The notes: generated by a model from the sequence alone, not told the origin. A stretch of DNA of 64,000 bases from an uncultured bacterium (GCA_963725235.1 CAVRXN010000003.1:75204-139203), one strand, 5' to 3'; positions 37,133-46,386 are shown, numbered from the stretch's first letter. Numbers and translations: made by a program.

Positions 37133-38420
37133 ATCCCTTCACCCCCACCACCAAATCCGAAACATTCGAACCAGTCTCGCCAGTCATTAAATAATTATTA
37201 ATTTTTTCAAATAGCGGATAGGTGTTCGCTGCGGCAACGTATTCTGCAAGATCGACACCGGCATCAGCCGCCGCTTTCTTCGTGACAACATCACAAATCG
37301 CTCCAGCATATGGTCCATGGTCATGCCCGTCGGATGCGAGTGACAAAATTTCCTCGTCCTCTTTTATATATTCCAGACCGGCAGCAGCGACGGTTAGATT
37401 TCTGCCGCCGTTCCCGACTGGCACGGCATCACCACGCGCCGCCGCACCAATCGCAACTGTCGTCTCCCCTCCCCAAAGCAAAACGGTTCGAGTCGGCGCC
37501 GCATGCAGCGACTCGGCAACCATATGCGCAACATCAGCCGCTTCGCCGGCTAATGTCGTACTGCGAATTTCGACGCGATACCCGAGCGACTCGGCGGCGG
37601 CGCGCATCGCATTCAGCGCGAACGCGTTCGATACCGCAAGAACATTTGTTGCCCGTGCAAAATATTTATCATCCTTCGGTGTCTCGATCAAGCCGCAATT
37701 CTCGATACCATCGATGCCGCAAACGCGCAGGACATCATACTTCGCGAGTACGGTGGCCGCATCGTCGACAGTCGTCGGATCTTTGACGGTCGGTCCGGAT
37801 GCAATCGACGAGAGATCGTCGCCGATGACGTCGGAGAAAATGAATGAGATGAGGCGCGCGGGGAATGCGTACTGCGCGAGATAGCCGCCGCGCGCGAGTG
37901 ACATATGCTTGCGGACGACGTTCATCTCGTGGATGTCTGCACCCGCAGCGGTCAGCGCGTTAAAAACTTTAATCTCATTCCGATCGCGCCGGTCTTCCGG
38001 TAAAAACAACAAAGTCGAGCCGCCGCCGGACACGACAAAAATAACAAGATCGTCCGCCGTCAGCCCGCGCAAGGCCTCGACAATCGCCTCCGCCGCCTTC
38101 ATATTCTCATCCGACGGCAGCGGATGCGTCCCGCAAAACGTTTTGATCTGCGGCAGGCCGACAACACATTCCGCAACATCGACAACAACGCCGCGCGTGA
38201 TCCGATTGCCAAGCATCGCTTCCGCAACGCCGGCTGCAGCGGCCGCGCACTTCCCGACCGCGATGAAAATAATTTTGCCGGTCGTATTCAGATCGGTTGT
38301 AGTTAATAATTTTTTCATGATCGCCGCCGTATCAATCGACTGCAAACCGGCCTCGGCGATCGTCAGTAAATCGCGCCGCGCGGGAGTCGTTGCCAACTGA
38401 TCGAAATTTTTAATCTTCAT
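37131..38420 (-). CDS. glycerate 2-kinase (DUF4147/MOFRL family)
   Basis: Start chosen at MKIKNFDQL. Motifs GKCAAAAAGV, VVSGGGSTLL and C-terminal MOFRL (GGETTV......GGRN). Confidence 0.8.
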   Translation of the reverse strand: MKIKNFDQLATTPARRDLLTIAEAGLQSIDTAAIMKKLLTTTDLNTTGKIIFIAVGKCAAAAAGVAEAMLGNRITRGVVVDVAECVVGLPQIKTFCGTHPLPSDENMKAAEAIVEALRGLTADDLVIFVVSGGGSTLLFLPEDRRDRNEIKVFNALTAAGADIHEMNVVRKHMSLARGGYLAQYAFPARLISFIFSDVIGDDLSSIASGPTVKDPTTVDDAATVLAKYDVLRVCGIDGIENCGLIETPKDDKYFARATNVLAVSNAFALNAMRAAAESLGYRVEIRSTTLAGEAADVAHMVAESLHAAPTRTVLLWGGETTVAIGAAARGDAVPVGNGGRNLTVAAAGLEYIKEDEEILSLASDGHDHGPYAGAICDVVTKKAAADAGVDLAEYVAAANTYPLFEKINNYLMTGETGSNVSDLVVGVKG

Positions 38421-38479
38421 CTTACAACCATTGTACCACCAGACAGCGCAACGCTCGCCCGTTGTGCTATTATTAATAC

Positions 38480-39049
38480 ATGTCCACCTCCCGCGAAACC
38501 ATCGCCTCCATCCCCGAACCAAAACTCTCGCGGGTGCTCTTCGCTGATGCGAACGCAATCACCTGGCTCTGGCTCGTCGCCCGCTTGTACGTCGGCTATG
38601 AATGGCTCGACGCCGGATGGGAAAAGTTGACCGGCACAGGCTGGGTCGGCGCACAGGCCGGCACTGCGATCGGCGGCTTCTTCCAGGGCGTACTCGCGCA
38701 GACGTCCGGCGCGCATCCAGCCGTCTCATCCTGGTACGGCTTCTTCATCCAGAACGTCGCCGCCGCACACCCCGTCTTTCTCTCATACCTCGTAACCTAC
38801 GGTGAACTCGCCGTCGGCATCGCGCTCATCCTCGGCGTCTTCACCGGCATCGCCGCCTTCGCTGGTGCGTTCATGAACTTCAATTATCTTTTCGCCGGCG
38901 CAGTCAGTATCAACCCGATATTGTTGCTTATAGAATTATTTCTCATCCTCGCCTGGCGCAACGCCGGCTGGCTCGGCATCGATCGCTGGCTCCTGCCCGC
39001 GCTCGGCGTCCCATGGCAGCCGGGAAAACTTATCACTCGCGACCGTTAA
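38480..39049 (+). CDS. DoxX-family membrane protein
   Basis: 189 aa with 4 TM helices and DoxX-like layout (LVARLYVGYEWLDAGWEK). Confidence 0.65.
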   Translation: MSTSRETIASIPEPKLSRVLFADANAITWLWLVARLYVGYEWLDAGWEKLTGTGWVGAQAGTAIGGFFQGVLAQTSGAHPAVSSWYGFFIQNVAAAHPVFLSYLVTYGELAVGIALILGVFTGIAAFAGAFMNFNYLFAGAVSINPILLLIELFLILAWRNAGWLGIDRWLLPALGVPWQPGKLITRDR

Positions 39050-39237
39050 CGCGAGCCGTGTTTCTTAGTCGGCACCCTCGCCCCCTCGCGCCGCGCCTCG
39101 GACAATCCGATCGCAATCGCCTGTTTACGACTCGTCACTTTCTTCCCGCTCCGCCCGCTCTTCAGTTTCCCCCGCTTCATCTCATGCATCGCACGCTGAA
39201 CCTTCCGCCCCGCTCGAGGGCTATATTTTGTTGGCAT
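39046..39237 (-). CDS. small basic protein (63 aa)
   Basis: MPTKYSPRAGRKVQRAMHEMKRGKLKSGRSGKKVTSRKQAIAIGLSEARREGARVP. The ORF extension upstream to 39411 is unlikely to be translated. Confidence 0.55.
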   Translation of the reverse strand: MPTKYSPRAGRKVQRAMHEMKRGKLKSGRSGKKVTSRKQAIAIGLSEARREGARVPTKKHGSR

Positions 39238-39407
39238 ACTATTTAATATGGTTAAAAATGTATTAAATGTCATTCGACTTTGTTGCATGTAGTTACTACA
39301 GCGCAATGACAGAAAATGTTGCAGAGGCGATAGATGATAATGATATACCGCTAACAAAAAAAGGCCGCTGCGCGCTCGAAAGCAACGCAACGGCCCCAAA
39401 CAGCAAC

Positions 39408-40442
39408 TCATCCACCCATAGTCAAGGACGAATCCTTAATAAATTCTGTAGCGTATGAGGCACCGGCATCAACAGCCACCGTGAATAGATTGATCACTCC
39501 CGCCGGATTGCAGAATGGACCAAGCGCCTTCATTCCACCTCTCTCGTACTGCTGGTTAAAAAATCGGAACGAAGCCGCAATCGTCATGCCCGTAGTAAGA
39601 CCTGCTGAGAAGTCCTGACCGTAAAGTTCTCGTGTCATATCCATCGCATCCGACTGAGTACATAGAATTAACGGATATGGATCGATCACCTTACCATAGA
39701 TGCTCTCGGGAACTTGGAGCTTTGATGTGGGTCTCGCTCCGGATATCTTCTGGCCTTCCTCGCAAGCAACACCTAGGATTGGAATCTCCGGCCATCGGTT
39801 ACGTAAGATCTCAGAGCTCAGAAGTAACGCCATAGTCCCCACTGGCAACACGACAACCGATGGTTCAAAATTATACGACGCTTCCCGGAGAACATGCGCC
39901 CATGTCCATCGCCGATGGCCGCGGATGGCAGCCGGAAGATGAAGATGATATTGATCGAGTACGCCACATCCTGGCTTGCTGCCCAGAAATTCGGCGTGTT
40001 CGATTGCCGTCTTATGAGATGGTGCATATACGACGCGCTGGGCCCCCGCAAGATATTGTTGGCCGACCTTCCCCGCCAAGGCGGAAGCTTCAAAAACCGG
40101 GACGTACTCGAAATCAAAGAGTTCGTCATAGCTACTCCAACAGACTGCAGCGTTTCCGGAGCTGGCGCCATACTTCGTCATCCCTCGCAGATTTCCGACC
40201 ACGTCTTCTTCAAGCAAAACCTGAAGGCATGGCGGCCCCTTCCCATTCGTCGACTTGAGAGCGAACATCGGAAGAATTCGAACGGATAAATGCGATGCGA
40301 TTTCTTCGTAGAGGAACAAACCGAAATACCTCCGAAGAAGATGCACCTTCGGCAAACCCGACTCCATCCCAACGAGAATGTCATTCAAACGTTCGGCCTT
40401 CGAACGGCTTTCTTCAACCGGATCCCGTCTCCTGTAGAGCAT
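39408..40442 (-). CDS. divergent fold-type-II PLP-dependent enzyme-like protein (PALP family)
   Basis: 344 aa. Motifs: ASSGNAAV, VVLPVGTMALLLSSEIL, GLTTGMTIAASF. The canonical Lys-containing N-terminal motif is not evident. Confidence 0.5.
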   Translation of the reverse strand: MLYRRRDPVEESRSKAERLNDILVGMESGLPKVHLLRRYFGLFLYEEIASHLSVRILPMFALKSTNGKGPPCLQVLLEEDVVGNLRGMTKYGASSGNAAVCWSSYDELFDFEYVPVFEASALAGKVGQQYLAGAQRVVYAPSHKTAIEHAEFLGSKPGCGVLDQYHLHLPAAIRGHRRWTWAHVLREASYNFEPSVVVLPVGTMALLLSSEILRNRWPEIPILGVACEEGQKISGARPTSKLQVPESIYGKVIDPYPLILCTQSDAMDMTRELYGQDFSAGLTTGMTIAASFRFFNQQYERGGMKALGPFCNPAGVINLFTVAVDAGASYATEFIKDSSLTMGG

Positions 40443-40509
40443 ACTATCACCTACCTTTCCGCGTATTCAGAATATGAAATTTTTTATTCCGAGCGCTGCC
40501 GACATTCTA

Positions 40510-41931
40510 CTACACCCTCCTCACGATCGCAAACGGCGTCATTTCGTCGGACTGGCCGAGCGGGTTGTCGCGGAACAGCTCGTTGATGAACGATTCGCTC
40601 GGCGCACCGCTTGTTTTGCCGAGCGAGAAAGCGCCGCGATAATTGGCATCGAGAATGATGACTTCATTAGTACCGCCGAGCGCTTCTTTTATTCGCCGGG
40701 CAGCACCGGATGGATCGTTCGGGGCGAGCTTGGCAGAATGCGCATATTCCAAAATCAAGAACGACATCGGGCAATCAATCGACTTTGCACGTTTTCCGCA
40801 GATACGATAAAACATACCCTTGATACCAAGAGGGCGAGTAAGAGCTGAGATCGCAGCAGCAAGGAGAACGCGCGGATAGCCGGCTTCCTCTATAAATAAC
40901 TGCATGGCGATAGGAGTGCCGTGACCAAAACCGTGGAATTGTTTCGAGCCGTAATAGGTGCCGACATTCCTCGCCAACAGTCGGGCAAGTCGTTGAGGGT
41001 GGATATCTTTCATATCCACTACTCTGCCCTGCGTGATCGTAAGAGCTTTCTCGCTTACAAAAACCATATCACCCGGCTTAACATAGGGCTTCACGTACGA
41101 CTCAACAAACGGCAAAATATCCGTATCTTCCATAGTTATCAACCGAGTTTTCACCGGCAAACGCTGATATGTAGCGCCATCGACATCGATGTCGATCTTT
41201 TTTCCGGGATTCGGCACGAAATCACCCGATGGCGGTCGCTGCTTTACCGGAGTGCGGGTGAAATCAACATGCTCCCCTCGAAACATTGCGAAGAGTGTTG
41301 AAAGAATTTTATAAATTGCCGCACTGTCATCCCCTGCCTTGGTCCGCGAACTCAGCGTCTCACTCGCCTCACTATATAAAATATGTGCTTCGTCTATTCC
41401 ATACTTACCGAATCGAGCTTCAATCGGCGCCATTCCTTCGCTGGTCGCCTGGACGACAACGCCCCCATCATCGAGCGGCGCATAATTGATAATGATTCCC
41501 GTTTTCTTTTTTTGTTCGTCGTAAATTTGATTCGTTTCTTTAAACCATTTAACCGTTACCGGTATCGCTTTATGCTTCTTAACCTCCGTTATCTGATTAT
41601 TCCCATCGACGAACACGACCACCGGATCCAAATCTTTCAGTTCACGTTCTTCAAGCCATGTTTCCGCAAGTATGATCACGAGATCACCGCGCTGAAAATG
41701 ATGGGCCGGCGGGCCATTCAGACAAATGTCTCCATTCCCTCGCGGCCCCGGTATGATATAGGTTTGCCAAAAAACGCCGTTCCTCAAGTTGGTTATATTT
41801 ACGTATTGAAACGGCTTCATGCCACACGCCTCAATCAGCGCCTCATCGATCGTTATCGAACCGACGTAATTCAAATCGGCTTCGGTAACAGTCGCCCGAT
41901 GTATTTTTGCCATGCAGGCCCGGATAAGCAT
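40510..41931 (-). CDS. panD: aspartate 1-decarboxylase (PanD) fused to a CofE-like (F420-0:gamma-glutamyl ligase family) domain
   Basis: The N-terminal 120 aa align with PanD (KIHRATVTEADLNYVGSITIDEAL...NGPPAHHFQRGDLVII). The C-terminal roughly 350 aa carry SEKALTITQGR, ILDANY and FRDNPLGQSDEMTP. Start chosen at MLIRACMAKIH. Confidence 0.7.
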   Translation of the reverse strand: MLIRACMAKIHRATVTEADLNYVGSITIDEALIEACGMKPFQYVNITNLRNGVFWQTYIIPGPRGNGDICLNGPPAHHFQRGDLVIILAETWLEERELKDLDPVVVFVDGNNQITEVKKHKAIPVTVKWFKETNQIYDEQKKKTGIIINYAPLDDGGVVVQATSEGMAPIEARFGKYGIDEAHILYSEASETLSSRTKAGDDSAAIYKILSTLFAMFRGEHVDFTRTPVKQRPPSGDFVPNPGKKIDIDVDGATYQRLPVKTRLITMEDTDILPFVESYVKPYVKPGDMVFVSEKALTITQGRVVDMKDIHPQRLARLLARNVGTYYGSKQFHGFGHGTPIAMQLFIEEAGYPRVLLAAAISALTRPLGIKGMFYRICGKRAKSIDCPMSFLILEYAHSAKLAPNDPSGAARRIKEALGGTNEVIILDANYRGAFSLGKTSGAPSESFINELFRDNPLGQSDEMTPFAIVRRV

Positions 41932-41970
41932 GGAAACATAATAGCGCAAAAACTTGCGTTTGTCATGTCT

Positions 41971-42094
41971 GGCGCGACGGTGGAGTTGCAACAAGGAGCA
42001 CAGAAGCTAACAAAAAACCGAGTCGGTTCTGACCGCTTCTCGGTTTTTTTAGTTCTAGCTTTGCTGCCTACTGAAGTTCCACCGTCGCTCCTGC
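41971..42094. terminator. dispersed hairpin element, copy 3, downstream of rplL with an inverted rplL-3'-end fragment
   Basis: Core A6-CCGAGTCGGTTCTGACCGCTTCTCGG-T7 (42012-42050). Left flank GGCGCGACGGTGGAGTTGCAA (41971-91) mirrors the rplL end GGAGCGACGGTGGAACTTCAG (42071-91, minus strand). Confidence 0.75.
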
Positions 42095-42436
42095 GTCCTC
42101 GAGCTTCTTCTTAATCTCCGCTGCTTCATCCTTCTTTGCACCTTCCTTCACCGTCTTCGGTGCACCGTCAACGAGATCCTTCGCTTCCTTGAGGCCAAGT
42201 GCCGGCGAAACCTCGCGCACTGCCTTGATGACAGCGAGCTTGTTCGCGCCTGCAGCTTTCAAAACAACGTTGAACGTATCCTTCTCTTCAGCGGCTGCAG
42301 CTCCTCCACCGGCTACCGGGGCGGCCATCGCTGCCGCTGAGATGCCAAACTTTTCCTCAAGCTTCTTTACGAGCTCCGCGAGCTCAACGACCGTGAGGGA
42401 CTCGACTTTCGTTATGATATCGTCGTAATTTGCCAT
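42068..42436 (-). CDS. rplL: 50S ribosomal protein L7/L12
   Basis: 122 aa: [24 protein letters not shown]...LKEAKDLVD...[19 protein letters not shown]. Confidence 0.95.
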   Translation of the reverse strand: MANYDDIITKVESLTVVELAELVKKLEEKFGISAAAMAAPVAGGGAAAAEEKDTFNVVLKAAGANKLAVIKAVREVSPALGLKEAKDLVDGAPKTVKEGAKKDEAAEIKKKLEDAGATVELQ

Positions 42437-42457
42437 GGGTTAATAATTTTTTAATAA

Positions 42458-42997
42458 CTATGCTTGTGCTTGCGTTAGCTCGACCTTTTTTGCCTTCTGA
42501 TCCAACACATACATGAACGAACGGATCGGCGCGGTAAGCATACCAAGCAACTGCGCGAGCAACACTTCGCGCGGCGGCAACTTGCCGATATAAATGATCT
42601 GCTGCGCATCAATAGACGCACCCGCTTTCCCGTCGTACCCACCAAGCAAATGCTTTATCCAAACATCCTTTGCGCCGCCTTCCGGAACATCAAGCTTCGA
42701 GAAAAACTGATATGCCGGTCCAGCTGCATTCTCGATGTCGCCTTCCGCGAAAATCGTTCCGACCGACATCTTAAACTTTGTCAGGTCCGTATCAATACCT
42801 TTTTCTTTCAAAAGCAAGCCAAGCAAGCGCTTCTTGATAACCAGAAAACTCGCACCGGACTTTTTGAGTTCCGTGCGCAATTTACGCGTATCTTCTGCCG
42901 TGATCTTCGAGAAGTCGGCAAAAATCAAAGCCCGGCTCTTCTCAAGCAGCGCTTTCGCCCGCGTTAACTCTTCAGTTTTTTGAACTTTGGTTTTCAT
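42458..42997 (-). CDS. rplJ: 50S ribosomal protein L10
   Basis: 179 aa, immediately upstream of rplL, with L10-like sequence (FADFSKITAEDTRKLRTELKKSGASFLVIKKRL). Confidence 0.9.
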   Translation of the reverse strand: MKTKVQKTEELTRAKALLEKSRALIFADFSKITAEDTRKLRTELKKSGASFLVIKKRLLGLLLKEKGIDTDLTKFKMSVGTIFAEGDIENAAGPAYQFFSKLDVPEGGAKDVWIKHLLGGYDGKAGASIDAQQIIYIGKLPPREVLLAQLLGMLTAPIRSFMYVLDQKAKKVELTQAQA

Positions 42998-43188
42998 GTT
43001 ATTTGCACCGCCCGGGCGTACCCACCCCTCTATAAAACAGAAAAGCGGCCTTCCAAGCCGCGAAAATAACCAAAATATCGGTTATCCTCGGCAGGGCTTA
43101 TTCTCGAGCTTTCGCCCGGGTTCCGCGTTCGCGGCGCCTGCGGTCTTTGGAATTGGTTACAGTATAGCCGAGTTGAATTTTTTGTCAA
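42998..43188 (-). promoter_or_regulatory. rplJ promoter and roughly 160-nt structured leader
   Basis: On the minus strand, TTGACA (43188-83), 16 nt, TATACT (43166-61). This is followed by GC-rich hairpins (GCGCCGCGAACGCGGAAC, GGCCGCTTTTC...). Confidence 0.45.
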
Positions 43189-43203
43189 CTGGGCCGCTAC
43201 CTT

Positions 43204-43710
43204 TTAACATACAGCATAATATTCCGCTCCTGCGCAGCCGGCGTCCAAGCCGGGAAACGTAAACGCATTCGATATAATTTTCGTCCCCGGCTGCAATTCG
43301 CGCTCAAGCTTCTTCTGCAGATCTTTCATAATATACGGAATTCCATAAACAATAACGACATCAAATTGCGAAAGGTCGGCCCGCCAAAAGCTTTCCCAGT
43401 AAACGGTCGCGCTAATCCCAGCCCGCGCGATCGCACGCCGCGATCGCCGAACCAAAATCGGATTAATCTCGTAGCCAACTGCCTCGGCTCCAGCCTTTGC
43501 CGCAGCAATTAAAATCCGCCCGTCGCCCGAGCCGAGATCGACAACTTTATCACCCGACCGAATCTCAGCGAACCGCAACATAGTCTCAACACTCCGCGTC
43601 GACGTCGGAAAGTAGATCGCACCGCGGATGATCGGCCGGCCGAGAAAATAAATGACGAGCAGTAAAATAATGACCGCGATGAGTTCGCAGATGAGCGTGA
43701 AAATAATCAC
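43204..43710 (-). CDS. class I SAM-dependent methyltransferase with N-terminal TM helix
   Basis: 168 aa. SAM motif VVDLGSGDGRILIAAAKAG. Confidence 0.7.
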   Translation of the reverse strand: MIIFTLICELIAVIILLLVIYFLGRPIIRGAIYFPTSTRSVETMLRFAEIRSGDKVVDLGSGDGRILIAAAKAGAEAVGYEINPILVRRSRRAIARAGISATVYWESFWRADLSQFDVVIVYGIPYIMKDLQKKLERELQPGTKIISNAFTFPGLDAGCAGAEYYAVC

Positions 43711-43730
43711 CTATTCAGGATACCACTGCT

Positions 43731-44771
43731 CTATCGCCAAATTCTAGTGTCACGGAAATTTTGCGTCTGTGTCTGCAGCTGAAGCCGCGCCTGCGCCTGC
43801 AACGCCTGCAGTTGCTGGAGGATCTGATAGAACGATTGCCATGCGGCACCGTTGCCCAGCGCGCTGCCGGTCGCAACCGTCGGCGTCCCCGTCGTTGGCG
43901 TCGAAGCCGGGGCGCTGCCGTGCGGCCGATAGCCCTCGATACCAACGCCCGTCCGGCGCCAGCCACGGCCCAAGCCGCCACGCCCACCGATCGTCGCATA
44001 CCCCCCATTACCAGCAACACTCGTTGCCACCGCGCTCGAGCGCGCGACCATAAAACTCTCTCCGTCGCTGCCAATCGCCGATGGCGTCACGAGCGCTTGC
44101 TGCGCACCATTGACCATCGTCAGCTCGGTCGCCCCAGCACCCGTCATCGAAACCGTATTGCCATTCTCAACAGTCGTAGCGCCCGTGAACGAAACCGTGC
44201 CAAAGTTATCAATCGGCACGAAGCTCGATCCGTCACTCGGCATTTCCTCGATCCATTCAGCCGACGACTGCGACGAATTATACGAAAGCGTTGTCGAGTA
44301 GCTCTGGCCCGTCGTGTTATCGCGAATCGAAACGTTCCATTCGCCAGAACCCGTCGCCGCTTCCGCAATCGAAGCCGTCATCGAATCGCCAGGCGAAACC
44401 GAGAGCGGCACCTGCTGTGTCGTATTCGGCAAAATCTCATACCATGCCTGATACGCCGGCGCACCCGAGCCGTTGATCAAAGCCTGTGTTCCAGCTTGGA
44501 TTAGGTCGTGCGACTCGACACCGCCAATGCCCACCCACGTCGCATCAGCTTCCGTCGAATTTGCCGAAGGAACAGCCGGTACCGTCCACGTCCCACTGAC
44601 CGCCGTAAACGTCCCGCCGGTCGCTTGATAACCCGCCCAGTTATACGACAAGTTCGAACTCGCGCCGGAATTAACCGCCGGCTGCGATGTCGTCACGGTC
44701 CAACCGCCAAACGGCAGCGTGATCGTTATAATGCCCGCCATCACTAATTTTTTTGAGAAGATTGATAGCAT
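43731..44771 (-). CDS. secreted peptidase G1 (eqolisin)-like protein with C-terminal Gly/Arg-rich tail
   Basis: 346 aa. Motifs: NWAGYQA, GTWTVPA, TWVGIGG, LIQAGT, YQAWYEILP, SSAEWIEE. Confidence 0.7.
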   Translation of the reverse strand: MLSIFSKKLVMAGIITITLPFGGWTVTTSQPAVNSGASSNLSYNWAGYQATGGTFTAVSGTWTVPAVPSANSTEADATWVGIGGVESHDLIQAGTQALINGSGAPAYQAWYEILPNTTQQVPLSVSPGDSMTASIAEAATGSGEWNVSIRDNTTGQSYSTTLSYNSSQSSAEWIEEMPSDGSSFVPIDNFGTVSFTGATTVENGNTVSMTGAGATELTMVNGAQQALVTPSAIGSDGESFMVARSSAVATSVAGNGGYATIGGRGGLGRGWRRTGVGIEGYRPHGSAPASTPTTGTPTVATGSALGNGAAWQSFYQILQQLQALQAQARLQLQTQTQNFRDTRIWR

Positions 44772-44819
44772 ATACTGTATATACGCGCCGGACGCAAAAA
44801 AAGTTTCGCCACGCCCGCC

Positions 44820-45185
44820 TCACCGCAATTTATCCAGCACCGTTACATCCCCCTCGTCATACGGCCCCATCTCGAAGCCGTCATAAACAAAATGGTCGCC
44901 TTCTTGCGAAAAATAAAGCGAGAGCAACCCATCGAGGATGATCTGGAAACCGCGCATGGTCGACCGCGACGGAACGAAATCAACCCGCTCGACCTTTTGA
45001 AACAGCGCATGCGCCTTCTTCGACGCCTCGATGCACGGCGAATTCAGCTCGCGCGCCAACCGCGCCATCCCCCACGACAGCGAAATCCCCAACAATATTT
45101 TCGTCAGCCAGCTCACTTTCGTCTGCTCCAAAAACCCCCGATCAATTTCTTTGAGATCATCAAACCCGCGTGGATCATTTTCCAT
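44820..45185 (-). CDS. hypothetical protein (121 aa)
   Basis: ORF with one central hydrophobic helix. No family recognised. Confidence 0.45.
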   Translation of the reverse strand: MENDPRGFDDLKEIDRGFLEQTKVSWLTKILLGISLSWGMARLARELNSPCIEASKKAHALFQKVERVDFVPSRSTMRGFQIILDGLLSLYFSQEGDHFVYDGFEMGPYDEGDVTVLDKLR

Positions 45186-45384
45186 GAATAAAGTGGACCA
45201 TTATAGTTATTTTTGCGGAACCGACCGATTCCGCACCAAATTTCTCTCTGCCTACAGCTGCCGACCCAGCCATCATACCAAAAAGGTCATTAAAAAATTA
45301 TAAAGATGGACTTTAGAAAAATTTAATGTCTGCGAGTAAAAAAGCCGGCGTTTTTGGCGCCGGCACGGAAGAAAAGTCTAAAAG

Positions 45385-45840
45385 CTAAACGAGTGTCTGG
45401 ATGATCTCCGAAGATAACTCCGCATAGAGCTCCTTGATGCGAGGCAATGTGCCATAGGTGAAATCCTCGGGCATTTCACTACCGACATTCAGCTTTTGGA
45501 ATCTCGCAATGGTTCCCGCGGCATCACCTTTCAAGGTAACTTTGTAGGTACCTTCGACGACCCTCCAATCATCCGAAAAGCTACCCGCGCACCCAACGCG
45601 GACAAGGGCGGAGAGCTTGGGATAGGCACTCGGCGTTTGCTCATCTCGCTCAGTAAAGACAATCTGATAAATCGTCGTTACATCTTTGCGAGAAATGAAC
45701 GGCAAATGCTCAAGGATGAATCTCTCGAGCATTTCAAAATCAGCTCCGCTGCGAACATTCCTTCGATACCTTGCGGTATCCTGCAGCATCGGCTCCGGAG
45801 GCGCCTCCGGAAAAATAACCTCAATTCTTTTCATTGACAT
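45385..45840 (-). CDS. hypothetical protein (about 151 aa)
   Basis: Start chosen at MSMKRIEVIF. No family recognised. Confidence 0.45.
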   Translation of the reverse strand: MSMKRIEVIFPEAPPEPMLQDTARYRRNVRSGADFEMLERFILEHLPFISRKDVTTIYQIVFTERDEQTPSAYPKLSALVRVGCAGSFSDDWRVVEGTYKVTLKGDAAGTIARFQKLNVGSEMPEDFTYGTLPRIKELYAELSSEIIQTLV

Positions 45841-45936
45841 AAAACACCTCATCGCCTTCAGAATTTTCAAAATGACCAGCACAATCAACTACTGCCCACA
45901 CTATAAATTAAAAAGGCATTAACTGCAACAAGCTTG

Positions 45937-46007
45937 CGGGGGCTGAAGGAGTCGGACCTTCGACAAATCTTTTGGAGAGATTTATTATACCGTTTAACTA
46001 AGCCCCC
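45937..46007 (-). tRNA. tRNA-Trp (anticodon CCA)
   Basis: Reverse complement is GGGGGCTTAGTTAAACGGTATAATAAATCTCTCCAAAAGATTTGTCGAAGGTCCGACTCCTTCAGCCCCCG. Anticodon loop CTCCAAA. Confidence 0.88.
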
Positions 46008-46077
46008 TGTCAAATATGCTTTGCCAAAATTAAAACCGAAGCTACAAAATTATTATACAATCGTCGCGACCAGCACG

Positions 46078-46257
46078 CTACTTCCCTGAAATCCTCGCCT
46101 CTTTGTGCACGGTAATTTTCCGGCACCATTTACAGAACTTCTTCAATTCCACCTTTCGCTCAACGGTTTTCTTGTTCTTATGCGTATAATAATTACGCCG
46201 TTTGCAGACGGAGCAGCGCAGCGTGATCAGATTGTCCGCATATTTAACCTTTGCCAT
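46078..46257 (-). CDS. rpmG: 50S ribosomal protein L33
   Basis: MAKVKYADNLITLRCSVCKRRNYYTHKNKKTVERKVELKKFCKWCRKITVHKEARISGK, with zinc-ribbon CxxC...CxxC. Confidence 0.9.
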   Translation of the reverse strand: MAKVKYADNLITLRCSVCKRRNYYTHKNKKTVERKVELKKFCKWCRKITVHKEARISGK

Positions 46258-46386
46258 ATTGAGCCATGATACGCGAATCCAGAGGAAATTGCAACCCCGC
46301 CAGTGCCCCCGGGCGGCACGACGCGAACAAATATAGTACAATTAATAGAGTTCAAAGGTCGAGCTTTTCATATTATTTTCATAAAC

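Noticed and set aside
37222-38400. + strand ORFs of 220, 158 and 163 aa opposite the glycerate kinase gene
   Set aside because: They are shadow ORFs, whereas the minus-strand product has clear DUF4147/MOFRL motifs.
38421-38558. N-terminal extensions of several ORFs (glycerate kinase to 38558, rpsH to 53734, rplC to 60191, L33 to 46341, rlmB to 19546, kinase to 61516, panD to 41994)
   Set aside because: The extensions are Arg/Cys-rich, overlap upstream genes or terminators, and precede internal Met codons that match the conserved N-termini of the families.
41383-42114. 243-aa + strand ORF antisense to the panD-fusion gene
   Set aside because: It is a shadow ORF of a gene with clear PanD homology. 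Its only notable part is the C-terminal ...GATVELQ... fragment, which is reported separately as an inverted rplL remnant.
43715-44504. Arg-rich ORFs (119 aa minus strand, 247 aa + strand) overlapping the G1-peptidase-like gene
   Set aside because: They are off-frame or antisense readings of a gene with recognisable family motifs, and they have low-complexity R/P composition.
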